Notes: generated by a model not told the origin, from the letters alone. A stretch of DNA of 63,437 nucleotides, filler included, from Licmophora abbreviata (GCA_900291995.1; 14 parts of 14 records of this genome joined end to end with filler, not necessarily neighbours in it), one strand, 5' to 3'; shown: positions 1-12,300, numbered from the whole stretch's first letter. Numbers and translations are program-made.

Positions 1-11
1 AGAGCGACGGC

Positions 12-1106
12 ATGATTCATATTCCTACTCGACGTCATGACGACGACCCCAAAACTACAAACTGTTGGTGGACAATGAGGATGCGGCGACTGAAGGCGAT
101 GGTGCAGTCTCGACCACAGCAAGCGAGACTGTTGATCTACTTGTTTATAGCGTTGGTGTCAGTTTTGTCTGTTTCCAAAACTCTCTTTTGGAATACCACC
201 ATTCTGGAAGCATTCTCATCATCATCATCGCTATCAGCCGCGGGGAGAATTCCAAATGTGCTGATCGCGGGACCGCAAAAGGCAGGGACGACGTCGATCT
301 TTGCCTACATGGAAGCACGCGACGATGTTTGCATCTCTCATCGCCTAAGCATATTTGAGCCAATCCAATATAGAAAAGAAGTTCATTTTTTCGACAATGC
401 CGGCCGCTATGGAAAAGGGTTGCAGTTCTACAAGGATCGATTTCGTCATTGCAACGACCGGTATGCCTACGTTATCGATGGGTCACCGAAAACTCTTGAA
501 CATCCCGATCGGGTCTACACGACCTATAAGGAACACGGGACACTGGAGGAACTCAAGATGATTGTTGTCTTGAGGGAGCCCGTCAGTCGCGAAATATCAG
601 AATACAACATGCGCATTCGCAATCTGAAAAAGCCATTCTGGCTTGGGAGAGCAACACCTCGGTCAGATATCGTGAAGGAAGATGGCACTTTTTATACATT
701 CGAAGAATATGAAGAGCGTAAGATTACGTCGGATGCGCGCGGCAACACGAGGAATCACGGACTGTATGGGGCAATCCTGAACCGAGTCTTCGAGTTATTC
801 AATCGCAAGCAGGTCCTCGTACTTTCCTTCGACGAGATGCGGTCAAACCAGACCGCCTTCTTGGAACGTATCCATCAATTTCTAGATCTGCCTGTGAAGG
901 GACCGATGACTTTACCGGCGACAAACAGTGATCACGGCTACTGGGCAAAAGAAATTGTACCATCGTGCGCCATCCAGGATAAGCTTGCTTCGCTTTACGA
1001 AACGTCGAATGCTGAAGCCTTCGCTCTACTGGACGAGTATCCAGGCGCACACATGGAGCAGCGACCTTTCCCTCGGTATGAGTATCGTTGCAAAGAGGCA
1101 AGCTGA
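12..1106 (+). CDS. Type II membrane PAPS-dependent sulfotransferase (heparan sulfate 3-O/N-sulfotransferase-like)
   Basis: N-terminal TM (LLIYLFIALVSVLSV), 5'-PSB loop PNVLIAGPQKAGTTS, KEVHFFD, and 3'-PB motif VVLREPVSREISEY. True start may be a downstream ATG (75). Confidence 0.85.
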   Translation: MIHIPTRRHDDDPKTTNCWWTMRMRRLKAMVQSRPQQARLLIYLFIALVSVLSVSKTLFWNTTILEAFSSSSSLSAAGRIPNVLIAGPQKAGTTSIFAYMEARDDVCISHRLSIFEPIQYRKEVHFFDNAGRYGKGLQFYKDRFRHCNDRYAYVIDGSPKTLEHPDRVYTTYKEHGTLEELKMIVVLREPVSREISEYNMRIRNLKKPFWLGRATPRSDIVKEDGTFYTFEEYEERKITSDARGNTRNHGLYGAILNRVFELFNRKQVLVLSFDEMRSNQTAFLERIHQFLDLPVKGPMTLPATNSDHGYWAKEIVPSCAIQDKLASLYETSNAEAFALLDEYPGAHMEQRPFPRYEYRCKEAS

Positions 1107-1718
1107 GAATATATGACCAGACGAACTGCACTTTGCAAACGTGTCTATCGACTTCTCGGATCTGCCTATCATATTACGAATCCGATTGCTCTCGATCGCT
1201 AGAGACACTGAACGCTGCTTGTGGTCGAAGTAGATCGTAGCACTGTGTGTCATTCAGAGTACGCTTGCTGCGGGGATTGGCAAGTCAGCTGTTGCTTTGC
1301 TGGGTGGGGCAGGGGTGTTTCCTTGGCGTCAGTTTATCGTTGCGAAGATGAGAAAGTGCTTGTTTTCTACTACTACTTTAAAAGCGTATACTGACCCTTC
1401 TAGCCGGTCCTAGCCTGCACGTAGTGTCTTCTGCAGCTTTATAGAGTGATCACTCTCTGTTTGCCCACTTCAACACGACAATATGTTAGCGAAAGAGAGA
1501 GCCCCTACCGGTATAAGTCTCATGCACAGTCCGTCAACGCGATGGGATGAAAGGTGCCACGTGTCCTTCGTTTGCGCGCGGATTTTTTATGTGATGTGAT
1601 GGCACACAATGCCTTCATCGTCTCGTCGTCTCTCGTGATCCATGTTAGCTGACAAGGTGCTTGCTGCTGTCAGTATTCCTGTCTCATTCGCATCGTTTCT
1701 TCAGAAAGAACGCACCTC

Positions 1719-4198
1719 ATGACAGAAACGACGGAGGGAATTTCCCGGCCTGCAGAAGTTGGAAAGAAGAAGATTCCAGCATTTCTGTCGGTCTCATGCG
1801 GCGCCACGGTATTGATGGTCTTCTATCTGGGTATCGGCATGCTGAATCTGTACAAACTCATGTATCCACTGGCATTTCTCGACGTGAAATCTAGCGACGC
1901 CTTGGTAGGACCACTGTGGAACCAAGAGTCTAACTTGCGAATGAAGGTGTATCTGAGTAAGCGAAAACAGTTTCGGCTTGACTTCTTGGAATCGGAATAT
2001 CAATCCAAGGCGGCGACGCAAGGAAAGGACCGGGACGAAGATGCACCAGCGCTAAAGAAAGACGTGGACAGTTTCTTACTATGGGAAAGTGATCTCACTG
2101 AGGCGTCATTGTCGAAATCCGTCTTGTTGACTACCCTGGACTGTGGTGACGACGTCGATGCGGTGACTTGCCCCGCTGTAGAAGTCGACCCTTCATATCA
2201 GTATGCGTCCAGGTGGCTGGATCAAGCCGAAGATGCAGCACAAACAGAAGGCGGCATAATGTCGGAACTGTCAGCATCGGCAGGCGAAGGGATCGAGTCG
2301 ACCAGTGCACTGCTCACGGTCTACAATATCGTTTCGGATAGTGTTGGGCGAGCCTTGTCGATCCTATGGACCGCTGATCCATCCGAGAATGACGATGGCG
2401 AACAGGAAGGAGCCGGCAAGTCACAGGATCGAACTATTATAACTGTCTCACGCGATTCGCAGCTTTGGGTGGCGCTTCAGTCAACCACACTGCATGTGCA
2501 CGTTCTAGTGGTGCGAGATGGAACCCGGCACACCACATTGGTGGATGCTCAACGCGACTTGGAGCGATCGGCGCGGTCGCACTCCTTGGTGTTGGGGCAC
2601 ATCGAAATGGTCAAGTACAACTGGCCACATCACATTGTGCCCCCCAAACGAATCTTGTTTCACGACGTTGTATTTCTACTGAAACTTATCGTGAGTTGGG
2701 ACTTGTCATCCCAGCCGCCGTGGGATATGGAGTACCACCANNNNNNNNNNNNNNNNNNNNNNNNNNNNNNNNNNNNNNNNNNNNTTAATTAATTAANNNN
2801 NNNNNNNNNNNNNNNNNNNNNNNNNNNNNNNNNNNNNNNNAAGAGTTTGCAAAATACCAGAAAGCTCGCAATCAAACAGAAGAGAAGATTGCAGTTCGCT
2901 ATTGGAAACCGGAGGTATCTATCAAGTACGTCAATGACGACGTTTGGTATCCGACCGAGTATGCTGGCCTTTCGGGTTTTGATACCGTGCGACTTGACCG
3001 CGAGAGAGCGCTGCACCCATCGGGTTTCGCTTACAAACCGGCGGTATATGCCGACGAACTTAGACTCACCGTTGACAGGCACATTCCACTGAACGAAACT
3101 GTGACGAGTCTACCGCTACGAATCAGTTTTGATCGAAATGATATGGAAAAGAAGCAAACAGCATCTACTGCTACGGCTGGCGGTATTGGCCCGGCAAGGT
3201 GGCGACTCTTGACGCACTTGACGACGACATTAGAAGCACAGCGCGAGCTTGGCTTCGAGGAGTCAGATATTGATGACATGCGACGGCTCGTTGCTGATAC
3301 CAATGTTACCTTACTGGCGATCACGATGCTGGCAAGCGGTCTTCACTTACTTTTTGAGTTTCTCACGCTGAAAAGTGAAGTCTCGTTCTGGCGCAACAAC
3401 AAGGACTTGACTGGTCTCTCAGTGCGCTCGCTCTTTCTAGACATGATTGGCCAGGTTATCATTCTGCTGTTCCTTCTCGAGACTAACACCTCGTTGCTCA
3501 TGACGGTCCCTAGTGGGCTCGGATGTCTCATTGCTCTATGGAAGTGTCAGCGAGGGGCGGGTTTCAAATTTGTCCGCCTCAGCACCGCATCCCGAGAGAT
3601 TACTCCATCTTGGTGGAACGTTGTCCCACGACTGTTTGGGTACGATCTTTGTGCTACTCGCCTTCACGTCGCAAAGACAGAGAATACATCACTCGGCAAG
3701 CAGGGAAGTACCGTATTGTCACCCGACCAACTCGCGGCACTCACGATCGAAACCGACGAGATCGCCACTCGGACCCTAGGTGTCGTGTTGCTTCCTTTGG
3801 TGCTTTCATACGCGCTCTACTCTCTTATCCTTGAAGAGCAAACCGGCTGGTACTCATGGCTCATCACGACGGCGTCGTCTGCGGTGTACGCCCTCGGTTT
3901 TGCCCTTATGACGCCGCAATTATTTCTCAACTACAAGCTCAAGTCTGTCGCCCACTTGCCCTGGCGCGTCTTGGTGTACAAGTTTCTCAACACGTTCATT
4001 GATGATTTGTTCGCATTCATCATTCGCATGCCAACCTTGGCACGGATAAGTTGCTTCCGAGACGATATTGTCTTTCTCGTGTACCTATAACAGAGATGGC
4101 TTTACCCAGTTGACTCGTCGCGCCCAGTGGAAGGAGGCGATGGACCCACACCAGCGAAAGCAACGGAAACGAAGGGGAAACTAAAGAAGAATCAGTAG
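1719..4198 (+). CDS. CLPTM1: CLPTM1-family ER membrane protein; spans a spacer gap and has an in-frame TAA at 4088-4090
   Basis: Motifs LHLLFEFLTLKSEVSFW, GLSVRSL, GFALMTPQLFLNYKLKSVAHLPWRVLVYKFLNTFIDDLFAFIIRMPTLARISCFRDDIVFLVYL. The frame is open from the gap edge (YWKPEV). After the TAA it continues QRWLYPVD...KLKKNQ to TAG at 4196-4198. Confidence 0.88.
2741..2840. other. Artificial contig spacer N44-TTAATTAATTAA-N44 (also at 6229, 13473, 14668, 19566, 20857, 38976, 46100, 47525, 52065, 57009, 59645, 61859)
   Basis: Identical 100-nt block with stop codons in all six frames, occurring 13 times. Confidence 0.97.
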
Positions 4199-4288
4199 CA
4201 TTTAAAAAAAAGGCGGGCTTTTATGGGTGTACTGTCATGCTCCAGATGTGCGGATCGGCTTGGACCAGGTGTCAAAGCTGAATAGGAT

Positions 4289-5254
4289 TCATGTCTTTCC
4301 TGTCCACAGTTCGACAGCAAAGAAAGAAGCAGGAGGACTGGTCATGAAACGAAACGGGTAGAGTTCACGTAATATCATCTTGTCGCAAGAGTGCTCGCTG
4401 GCCGTGACGAATCCGGCATTCCTCTTACTGTCCTCCTGGTGAACATGGCCATTGACATATCGGATTGCCGAATTCTGAGTGCCTCGGACAAGATTCGTGA
4501 GAATGCCGTGAAACCAGATACCACTCCGGGACGCACGAGAGAGACAAAAGTACATTTGCCAGTGAAGTATAGAGCCTTGCTGAACCGACAGCTGGAAACC
4601 GCAGAGTCTGTCGTCTGTGTCGTAGTATAGATCCAATACAGCGTACGGATACATGACGACAACAAGGAATCGCTTGACAAACTCTACCACAAAGTTCTTC
4701 CCGTCAGTCTGACAAGAACGTCGTTCGTGTTCCAACATGATGGGGACCACGTCGGCAAGACACAAACGTTCGTCCGACCAGACGGATGTGTGTCGTATTC
4801 TGGCTTGTCGAAAGATCATTTCCATCTTGCGATACCGTCTCCGCACAGAACGTCGGAGGCTTCTCACTACAGCTTTCGTTGATTCATCGAATGGAAGTTC
4901 CTTAGTGTGGGAGGATCTGATCTTGGACGCATCAAAATATAAGGTAGGTTCTTCCTCGCGAATTGATGTCTCGAGTCGAATAATCCAGACGACGACCGGC
5001 ATGAGGAGCATGCGGATGGGATAGACCAGTCGACGAACTGCTGCGAGATACCTGGCAGACAACCAGAGTAGCCGCACGTGGACGGCTTGAACTGCCACGA
5101 CGGCAACTACTTTGCCGGTCGTGTTGTCTGCTGATTTCCACCAGCAGACCAATCCAATGACGACAGGTAGAAATGCGACAAAAAGGACCAGACCGACTCC
5201 CGCGAGCACCACGAAAAGGGTAGCACTACCGAGAATCATTGACTGCAATACCAT
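4289..5254 (-). CDS. Membrane-anchored hypothetical protein with possible GNAT/FemAB-like acyltransferase C-terminal domain
   Basis: 321-aa ATG ORF with 2-3 N-terminal hydrophobic segments. The C-terminal pattern LCGFQLSVQQGSILHWQMYF...SGIWF...YVNG....SKRNAGF resembles a GNAT-like fold (weak, by eye). Confidence 0.5.
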   Translation of the reverse strand: MVLQSMILGSATLFVVLAGVGLVLFVAFLPVVIGLVCWWKSADNTTGKVVAVVAVQAVHVRLLWLSARYLAAVRRLVYPIRMLLMPVVVWIIRLETSIREEEPTLYFDASKIRSSHTKELPFDESTKAVVRSLRRSVRRRYRKMEMIFRQARIRHTSVWSDERLCLADVVPIMLEHERRSCQTDGKNFVVEFVKRFLVVVMYPYAVLDLYYDTDDRLCGFQLSVQQGSILHWQMYFCLSRASRSGIWFHGILTNLVRGTQNSAIRYVNGHVHQEDSKRNAGFVTASEHSCDKMILRELYPFRFMTSPPASFFAVELWTGKT

Positions 5255-5707
5255 GATGAAAGCGAGAACGGTATAGTAGCAGAGGCGATGGTGCTACCCG
5301 ATGGTACAGGCGGGACCTCATGTCATCATCATGCTGTCATGCTTCAAATGTCATCGCATCATCGTGTTTCGTTTGATGGGGTTGACTCGTGACTTACACC
5401 TCGTGACTGGACTACGCATCATTGCTCGTCATGACTCCATCACACGTCCACGCGACTATACGTTTGGTGTAACAGAGACCAGCAATCGCACAACACATGC
5501 CCTGGTATGGCCCATTCTTTTAGTAGTCTATTTGTAAGGAAGGGTCGGTCGGACTCAGTGATGAATGCTCTATACTATGCACCCCCCTAACACTATGAGT
5601 CGTCTCTCATTCCCTAACCCAACTGCGTTCATACGAAAGCAAGATGGTTGACAAACGCTACTCCATGGAACGATTTCGAGTTATAGCTTTCTACTAGAGC
5701 GCAAGAT

Positions 5708-6360
5708 TTACAGGACTTTCAGCATAAAGTCAACTTCTCCCTGTAGAACTCTAGCATTGCACTCCTTGGCATCCGGGACTCCCGCCGTTTTCCGCAGTCC
5801 ATCGTCTCGACATGCCGACATGGCCCTGCGTTTCTTCGAGGCGTCGCTCTCCTCTCCATCCCGAAGGTCCACATTTCCTGCCCCTCGAGCGGCATTAAAG
5901 ATCTCACCCGACGACATACTCTGAGCCTTGTCCAGTCGGTTCTTCCATGCGGTCTGCCAGTCTTCTTCTTCAAACTCTTCATACTCGCCGTCCTCGGTGA
6001 GTCTCAATGCGGCGCTGGATGGTAGTGGTGCTCCGACTAGTAGCATGCAGGAAAACAACACAGATCTTCGAGACGTCCATGGCGGAGAGGCGACGATGGT
6101 ATGGATGCCATCGCCGGCGACGGATTTCGTAGCATCGCCGACGGAGTTTAGACTGAGTGCATCAATAGCCGGATAATTCAAACAGACAACGAAGATCCAC
6201 ACGGCACCAACAAAAAGCGCTTTGCCAGNNNNNNNNNNNNNNNNNNNNNNNNNNNNNNNNNNNNNNNNNNNNTTAATTAATTAANNNNNNNNNNNNNNNN
6301 NNNNNNNNNNNNNNNNNNNNNNNNNNNNACAAAAAGCGCTTTGCCAGTTAACTGGGGCAT
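5708..6360 (-). CDS. Hypothetical plastid (probably thylakoid lumen) protein
   Basis: Merging the 19-nt overlap either side of the 6229-6328 spacer gives MPQLTGKALFVGAVWIFVVCLNYPAIDA-LSL (signal peptide). This is followed by a twin-Arg lumenal signal, SRRSVLFSCMLLVGAPLPSSAA. Confidence 0.65.
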
Positions 6361-7022
6361 GATGGAGGCAAGAATACAGGAGAGAGTGTCGAAGACTATA
6401 GGTGCGATAACATGTACTATACACGCATCGCGATCTGACTGGCTCGAAACGTGTCATCACCGGCGCCTTGTTGAGAAAATCCTACCCGTAGTGAGCGAAT
6501 TCTGAACACTTAGTTATCCATGCTTGGGCAGTCCCACTAGAGTAGCTCAAAACATTCAGTGGTAACTGCCCATGACAGGGCGGCCTTGACATTGATAACC
6601 GGTGCTTCTAACCTTATCTACAGTTAGCAGGGTGTCGCCAGGCACTCCTGGCTATATTGGAACAACCATGCACCGACTGCTCCAAATCGCGCTCCCGACT
6701 CTGTCTTCCATTGAGTCCTATAACCCACGTTACATTGTCACCTATGAAACCAAACCTCGCACTCCCACTGGATTCTTTCATTGTGTCGGCGCCGCGAGTC
6801 ACCTCTGATTTAGAGTTCAGAGTATGAGAAGCTTTTCTCGGTAGAATGCGAATGAAGGTTCTGCCCGGACAATCCAGCCATCTGAATGAATCTGCGGCCA
6901 ACATATGGGCAAGAAAGTCTTGACAGAAATTAAGGCAACTATCCGCATCTGAAACAATTCTGCTGAATCCTCTATTGATGGTAACGAGAAGCGTTGTTAA
7001 GTTTCAACCTCCAGCGCCGCCA

Positions 7023-9870
7023 CTACGAAGGTGCGTCCTTCTTGGACTCGATCAAAGCGAAACAAAGATCAGTGCGCATCTTTTCTGTCGTAGGAAGGGG
7101 CTTCGGCCAGAATATGTCATATGGGAGATCGCCTTCGGGTGCCCTCATGAGCGATCCAGAGTTAAGCACAACGATGGCGTTACGATTGACCGCGTGCTCA
7201 CGAACGAAGCGCGCCACAGAGCTACCTGAAATGCCCTCACCGAGATACTGATCCACAACAACAAGATCGAACCACTCATCCCGTAAGAGCTCAACGGCTT
7301 CCTCGCCCGAGGTCCGTGAGGATATATCCCATCGCTGTGTGCGAATGGAAGAGAGGTGCAATCATTAGATATTTTTCACGAGACGGGGGCGCAGCGAGAA
7401 TGGATGGCAAAATTCACATCGTACCTTCTCAGCCTTCTGGAGCGATGTGAAATGGGGCGCCGACACCTTGCGCAGCCTCCGGGATAAGAAATGAATGTTT
7501 ACCTTCACATCATCGACTATCAGTACCTTCCAATTTCCTGGTGGGGCGATCTTCTCTAACATCCGAGTTACGAGGATTTCGTCATTTGGTATCGGCTTCT
7601 GGAAGAAGTCTTCGGCCCCAGCCGCAAGATGTTCATCTTTCTTGAAGTTGCCGGAGATGCCGATGACAAGCGAGTCTACGTCCCGAGTTCGGAGCTCACG
7701 GATAGTTTCTTCTCCACTCAGCTCATTGACCGCCATGAAATGGTCAACCGTGATGATATCAAAAAGGGTATTTTCGACGACTCGCAACGCCTCCTCGCCA
7801 CTCGCTACCTCTGTGATCTCACTCTGAGGGAACAGTCGAGAGAATCGTCGAGCTAAAAGTTTGCGGCCCATATTGTCGTCGTCGATTACCAGTATCGTAA
7901 ACCTGCCTCCAATGGCTGTGTCTAGGGCTGGCATTTTTCTGTCGTTCAGCTCTGATAAGCCAGTCACATACAGATCGGCACTCATAGAAGTATCGGATAT
8001 TTCGGACGGCTTGTTGGTAGGAGATTCGCCGGAGAGTTTGCCACGATTCTCCTCTTTTGATGCGACGACAGCCGCCGAGAGCGATTCAAAAGCAGGAATC
8101 CGAGTAGCATCTACATCAAGCATAGAAGAAAGTGGGATCTCTACGATGAATTGCGCTCCCTGTAAGACATGAAGCGAAATCCAGGAAAAGGTAAGACTAC
8201 ATGCTCGTCGACAACCAGCCCATGCTGCTGAGACCACTTCACTATGATACTCACTGGAAAATCCTCCAGTCCAGAGCGATAGGACTTGTTTAGCAAGACG
8301 TCACCGCCCATGGCCTGCGCGAGGGCTCGGCTTAAACATAGACCGATTCCTGCACCGTTGGCTTTGGAGCCGAGCACTTCCCACTTGGAGAAAAGGGCAT
8401 CGTAGTCCGAGGCTTTGACACCACACCCAGAATCGCTCACGACGATGCGCATTATTCCTTTCCCGAGATTTGATTTTTCTTCATTTAGCTCAACCTTAAT
8501 GAAACCGTGGGTCGTGAACTTCATGGCATTCGAGATGAGATTTGTAACGACCTGTCGAAGACGAAGCTTGTCGATCACCCCTGTGACTTCGTTTCCTTGC
8601 ACAAATTCAAGGTTAACATTACCCTTGTGCAAACTCATCATGCGACAAGTGGGGACCAACACTTCTTCGCGGACCTTACACGTAGCCAAATTCAGACGAA
8701 CTTTGCCCTCGAGGCACTTGTTGAGATCCAGCATATTTGTTAGCAGATCAACGATATAGCGAATTGATTCCGAAATCAAATCAATGTACCAACCGTCTTG
8801 TTCAATGTTGTGGTCGTTGCCTTCTTTCATTGCCATGACAGCCTCCATGGCGACCGACAACGGATTTCGCACCTCATGGCTCAACCACTCTGTCAGTCCC
8901 CGTTCAGCATCGACAAGCTTCAGCGCCGCATCCTTCTGCTTCTCGGCTTCCTTGACCATTGTATTGTCCTGGCAGAAAAAGAGGCGCCCCGTTTCACTCC
9001 CGTTCGCATCGTGACTGACCGTACACGTGGTGTAGAGGAAAACTCTTCTTTTCTTATCCTTTGTCTCAAGTGTACAATCATATAGAAGCGGCTTCTTCAC
9101 GTCGTCTTGGTCCATGTTGCTTCCGTCTTTCGTGTCACACGAGCTGGACACGAGCGACGCAAACGAGGCGCGCTCGTCTTCCGGCAAAAACGCTACAAAT
9201 GGCTGCCCCAATGCTTCTGTCCGACTGTAATCCGTGAGTCGCGCCATCGGTGTGTTCCATTCAATGATTCTTCCATTTGTATCGATCTCAAATACTGGCT
9301 GTACGGTCTGATCCATCATCTCTTGCAATTTGGTCCGATTGCTTTCTTCGTTCGATACCTGCCTCGTGACGTCAAACACAATACCGTCCCAGATCGTATA
9401 CTTGGTGACTTTTCCGTCAAGTTCATTTGTTTCTTCCACAAATCTAGGTCGTGACTTGTAATGTACATTAATGATTCGTCCGTCGGCACGACGCATACGA
9501 CCCAGTCGATCGAATGGCGTAAGATGCTCCATACTCTCCATGACAGCCGCCGCATACTGCTCGGCTTCTTCCTCCAAGATCGCATTGACGAGAACTTTGG
9601 GGTCCTCCATGACTTCCGATGCCGAGAATCCAAACATTTCCTCGCAAAAGTCTGAGACAAAAGGAAAACTGGATTCACTATGAAGCGCGAAGAACGGCAC
9701 GTCATGTATCATGGTGAGATTGCATGGGTCGAGGTTTGTGCACAGAAGACAATAGCAGTACAATCAACATATTCGGCGTTCTCTCTCACTTACCCGTTTT
9801 CATGGTTTACAGCGTACACGTAAAGCATGGCTGGAACATGCTCCACAACGGACTGAATGTTGATTTCCAT
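7023..9870 (-). CDS. Soluble hybrid sensor histidine kinase, PAS-PAS-HisKA-HATPase-REC-REC (4 exons: 9870-9794, 9677-8255, 8159-7425, 7334-7023)
   Basis: GT-AG introns join the frames. PAS1 (VEHVPAMLYVY...FPFVSDFCEEMFGFS), PAS2 (VFEIDTNGRIIEWN), H-box SHEVRNPL, N-box LRQVVTNLISNAMKFT, G1 VSDSGCG, G2 GAGIGL. REC1 ILVIDDD..FDIITVD..FQKP; REC2 VLIVDDV..FDLVVVD..WPKP. Confidence 0.92.
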
Positions 9871-10438
9871 GGTTCACTACTATCGTTTCAGTGAGATGAA
9901 GATCTCAAAACTGGTTTCCGAAAATCGATGCAAAATCAGTCGACACAATCCAGTTCCGCGGAACTATACGCTGCAACACTTCGCTACTTCTTGGGATAAA
10001 GGCTGGGGGGGGGTTCCTACTTGTAAGGGCGTTTGAACTGAAGAAAAAACAGAATGCAATGAGCAACATCATATACATCATCACTCATCACGCTTTTTGC
10101 GTGGACGGTGGTCGCGCAGAGTATCGTACTCGCAGCCTTGTATTTTTAATAAGTATCAAATGTGTCGTTGTGACATTTTGTCGACATTAATTCTGTGGTT
10201 TATGTGCTATAAAATGACGTAGCCTGGACTCTGTGATATTTTGGCTTGTCCACAAACACGCCGGCAGCGCCTTTATTCGAATAATGACTCGACTGACTCG
10301 ACTCGGGCCTGACACGATAATAGACTAGCGCAACATTATGATCAGCAGATATGTGATTATTCTCTTACTGCTACTTGCATAGAACGCTGATGGGATAAAA
10401 GAGATAAACAACATGCCTATATCCTCATTCCCTCGCAG

Positions 10439-12295
10439 CTAGTGGTCCCAAACAACTTTTGCCGAGGCTGTGTCTGTTTTATGACGAGGGGGCTTTCGAA
10501 GCAAGGGGCTCTGAATCATGCTGACCACGGACGCATCATCGCCAGAGGGTCGCAATGCTTTGGTCGCATCCATCGTTTCTGTCTTCTTCGAGCCAGACCA
10601 AATCACGCACAAGGTGCCTGCTGCTACTACCGCATCTCCAAACCAGGTTTGCGCACCCGGGAGAGGTGCTGTTCCCACCGCCGTCCCCAGCAACGCCCCT
10701 ATTGCAGGCTCAAGTAGCATAACAGTGGCGGGGACGATTGGCTCAAAATACTTCATGACCGCAATATACCCCGTAGTCCCCAAACAGTTGCAGATCAGTG
10801 CAATGTAAATCTCCAAAAGTAATCGATCAGGTGTCAAAGTCAACCAACCAAAGACGCCGTGCAGCGGATCCGTACCGCACGTGTACTCTTCACCGCTGAC
10901 AATCAAGTAACAAAGCAAAGCCAGGCTTCCCAACGACATGACTGCAAACATGAATACGAACAGATCAAGCGACGATCGCAAGTTTTTGGCGATAATCAAG
11001 TAGAGGGCTGTGGCGAAACTAGCGCTGAGTGCCACAAGATTTCCAAGCACTTGAGACGTGGAGCTTGTCGACTCGGCAGCAAGACTCGATGTACCGGCAG
11101 CAGTCGCACAAATGGCCGCACCTAAAAAGCCAATGACGGCACCCAATCCTTCCGATCGCAATATCGGTAGTCCGAGTGCGGCACGACCGAAGATAATAAC
11201 AAGGGATGTCATATTGCTCAGGACAAAGGCGTTCGCCATGGTGGTGATGTTGAGTGAGATGACAAAGGCGAGAGACATGTAGGCATACGCCAGGGCACAG
11301 ACTGGCAAAAGCAACCACTGTGCGATAGTCAATTGCGGGACACCATCATGGTAGATTGACTTGAACACCATAGGTAATATGATGAGGGAGGTGGACATTT
11401 GACGCCACAGGCACTTGAGAGTAGGAGACGGGCCTTGCTGCAAGCCTAGTGCGGCTCCAATAGACGCGAGTGCGATGAGACCCGAAATTAGGATAATATA
11501 GCCAATGAGCGGCACTTTGCGTTTGACAACCAAATCAAGATGCAAATTCGTCGGATCTTTCTTGGTTGGCAGGTGTGTATGGGCCTCGAGGTGGACCGCT
11601 TGGACGTCCGACGGTAGATGATCGGGCAGCAAAGACATGGCTCGTTCCATCATGGGGACCGACGCTGTGGAAAGAGTTGACTCTGCAACACTCCCTTCCA
11701 CATGAATTTCAGGCAAGGCCAGCACAAAGTGATCTTCTAGTCTCCCGTTACTCATTTCTGTTGGGATGTTCAGCAAAAAGGCATCATGCGCCAAGTGCTG
11801 ATCCCCATCTGTTCTAGTCGCGGCTGCTTCTGTAAATTCCCCTTGTTCTTCCTCTGTCACTTGTTTCTCTGTCTCTTCTTTTGTGCTAGGAAGAACGTCC
11901 GCTAAAGTTGCGATGAAGGGATCCGCAGTAAGCGAAATGCGGTCGCTGATGAGGGCCTGCTCTTCTGGAGGTGGTGCCGGGATTAGTGGTTGTTCCTCGT
12001 CTGCCACAGGCTGCTCGCCGTTCTCTCGCTCAAACTCCCGGTCTTCATTGACTTCTGCGTGCAAATCGGCAATGAATTCTTCCTCGGAGACTCCCATGAG
12101 CTCACTGAGGACCTCTAGGTTCACCACCGCAGAGATTTCCGACGGGTGTTCCGTCCCTTTGATGTTGTCCACTGTGTCCTGGAGGGCTTCCAGCACGACC
12201 TCGTCACCGTCTCCGGCTTCCAGACCATCTTGAGCCGCATGCGAGGGCAGAACCAGAGTGGCAAGCTCGACGGTATCGGTGTTTGGAGTCGTCAT
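10439..12295 (-). CDS. Drug/metabolite transporter (EamA/DMT superfamily) with long acidic N-terminal extension
   Basis: About 10 TM segments with EamA-like motifs (SLNITTMANAFVLSN, GNLVALSASFATALYLII, ATVMLLEPAIGALLG). ATG at 12295 is preferred over the repeat-derived upstream extension. Confidence 0.85.
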   Translation of the reverse strand: MTTPNTDTVELATLVLPSHAAQDGLEAGDGDEVVLEALQDTVDNIKGTEHPSEISAVVNLEVLSELMGVSEEEFIADLHAEVNEDREFERENGEQPVADEEQPLIPAPPPEEQALISDRISLTADPFIATLADVLPSTKEETEKQVTEEEQGEFTEAAATRTDGDQHLAHDAFLLNIPTEMSNGRLEDHFVLALPEIHVEGSVAESTLSTASVPMMERAMSLLPDHLPSDVQAVHLEAHTHLPTKKDPTNLHLDLVVKRKVPLIGYIILISGLIALASIGAALGLQQGPSPTLKCLWRQMSTSLIILPMVFKSIYHDGVPQLTIAQWLLLPVCALAYAYMSLAFVISLNITTMANAFVLSNMTSLVIIFGRAALGLPILRSEGLGAVIGFLGAAICATAAGTSSLAAESTSSTSQVLGNLVALSASFATALYLIIAKNLRSSLDLFVFMFAVMSLGSLALLCYLIVSGEEYTCGTDPLHGVFGWLTLTPDRLLLEIYIALICNCLGTTGYIAVMKYFEPIVPATVMLLEPAIGALLGTAVGTAPLPGAQTWFGDAVVAAGTLCVIWSGSKKTETMDATKALRPSGDDASVVSMIQSPLLRKPPRHKTDTASAKVVWDH

Positions 12296-12300
12296 GGGGT

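Noticed and set aside
4088..4090. Alternative genetic code (TAA = Tyr/Gln)
   Set aside because: Single case only; TAA terminates other genes at the expected positions (e.g. amiE, FMN reductase, PfkB).
6400..7000. Short ORFs between the lumen protein and the kinase
   Set aside because: Under 100 aa with no motifs; consistent with UTR/intergenic sequence.
8960..9870. PAS domains as LOV photoreceptor
   Set aside because: No NCRFLQ flavin-binding motif.
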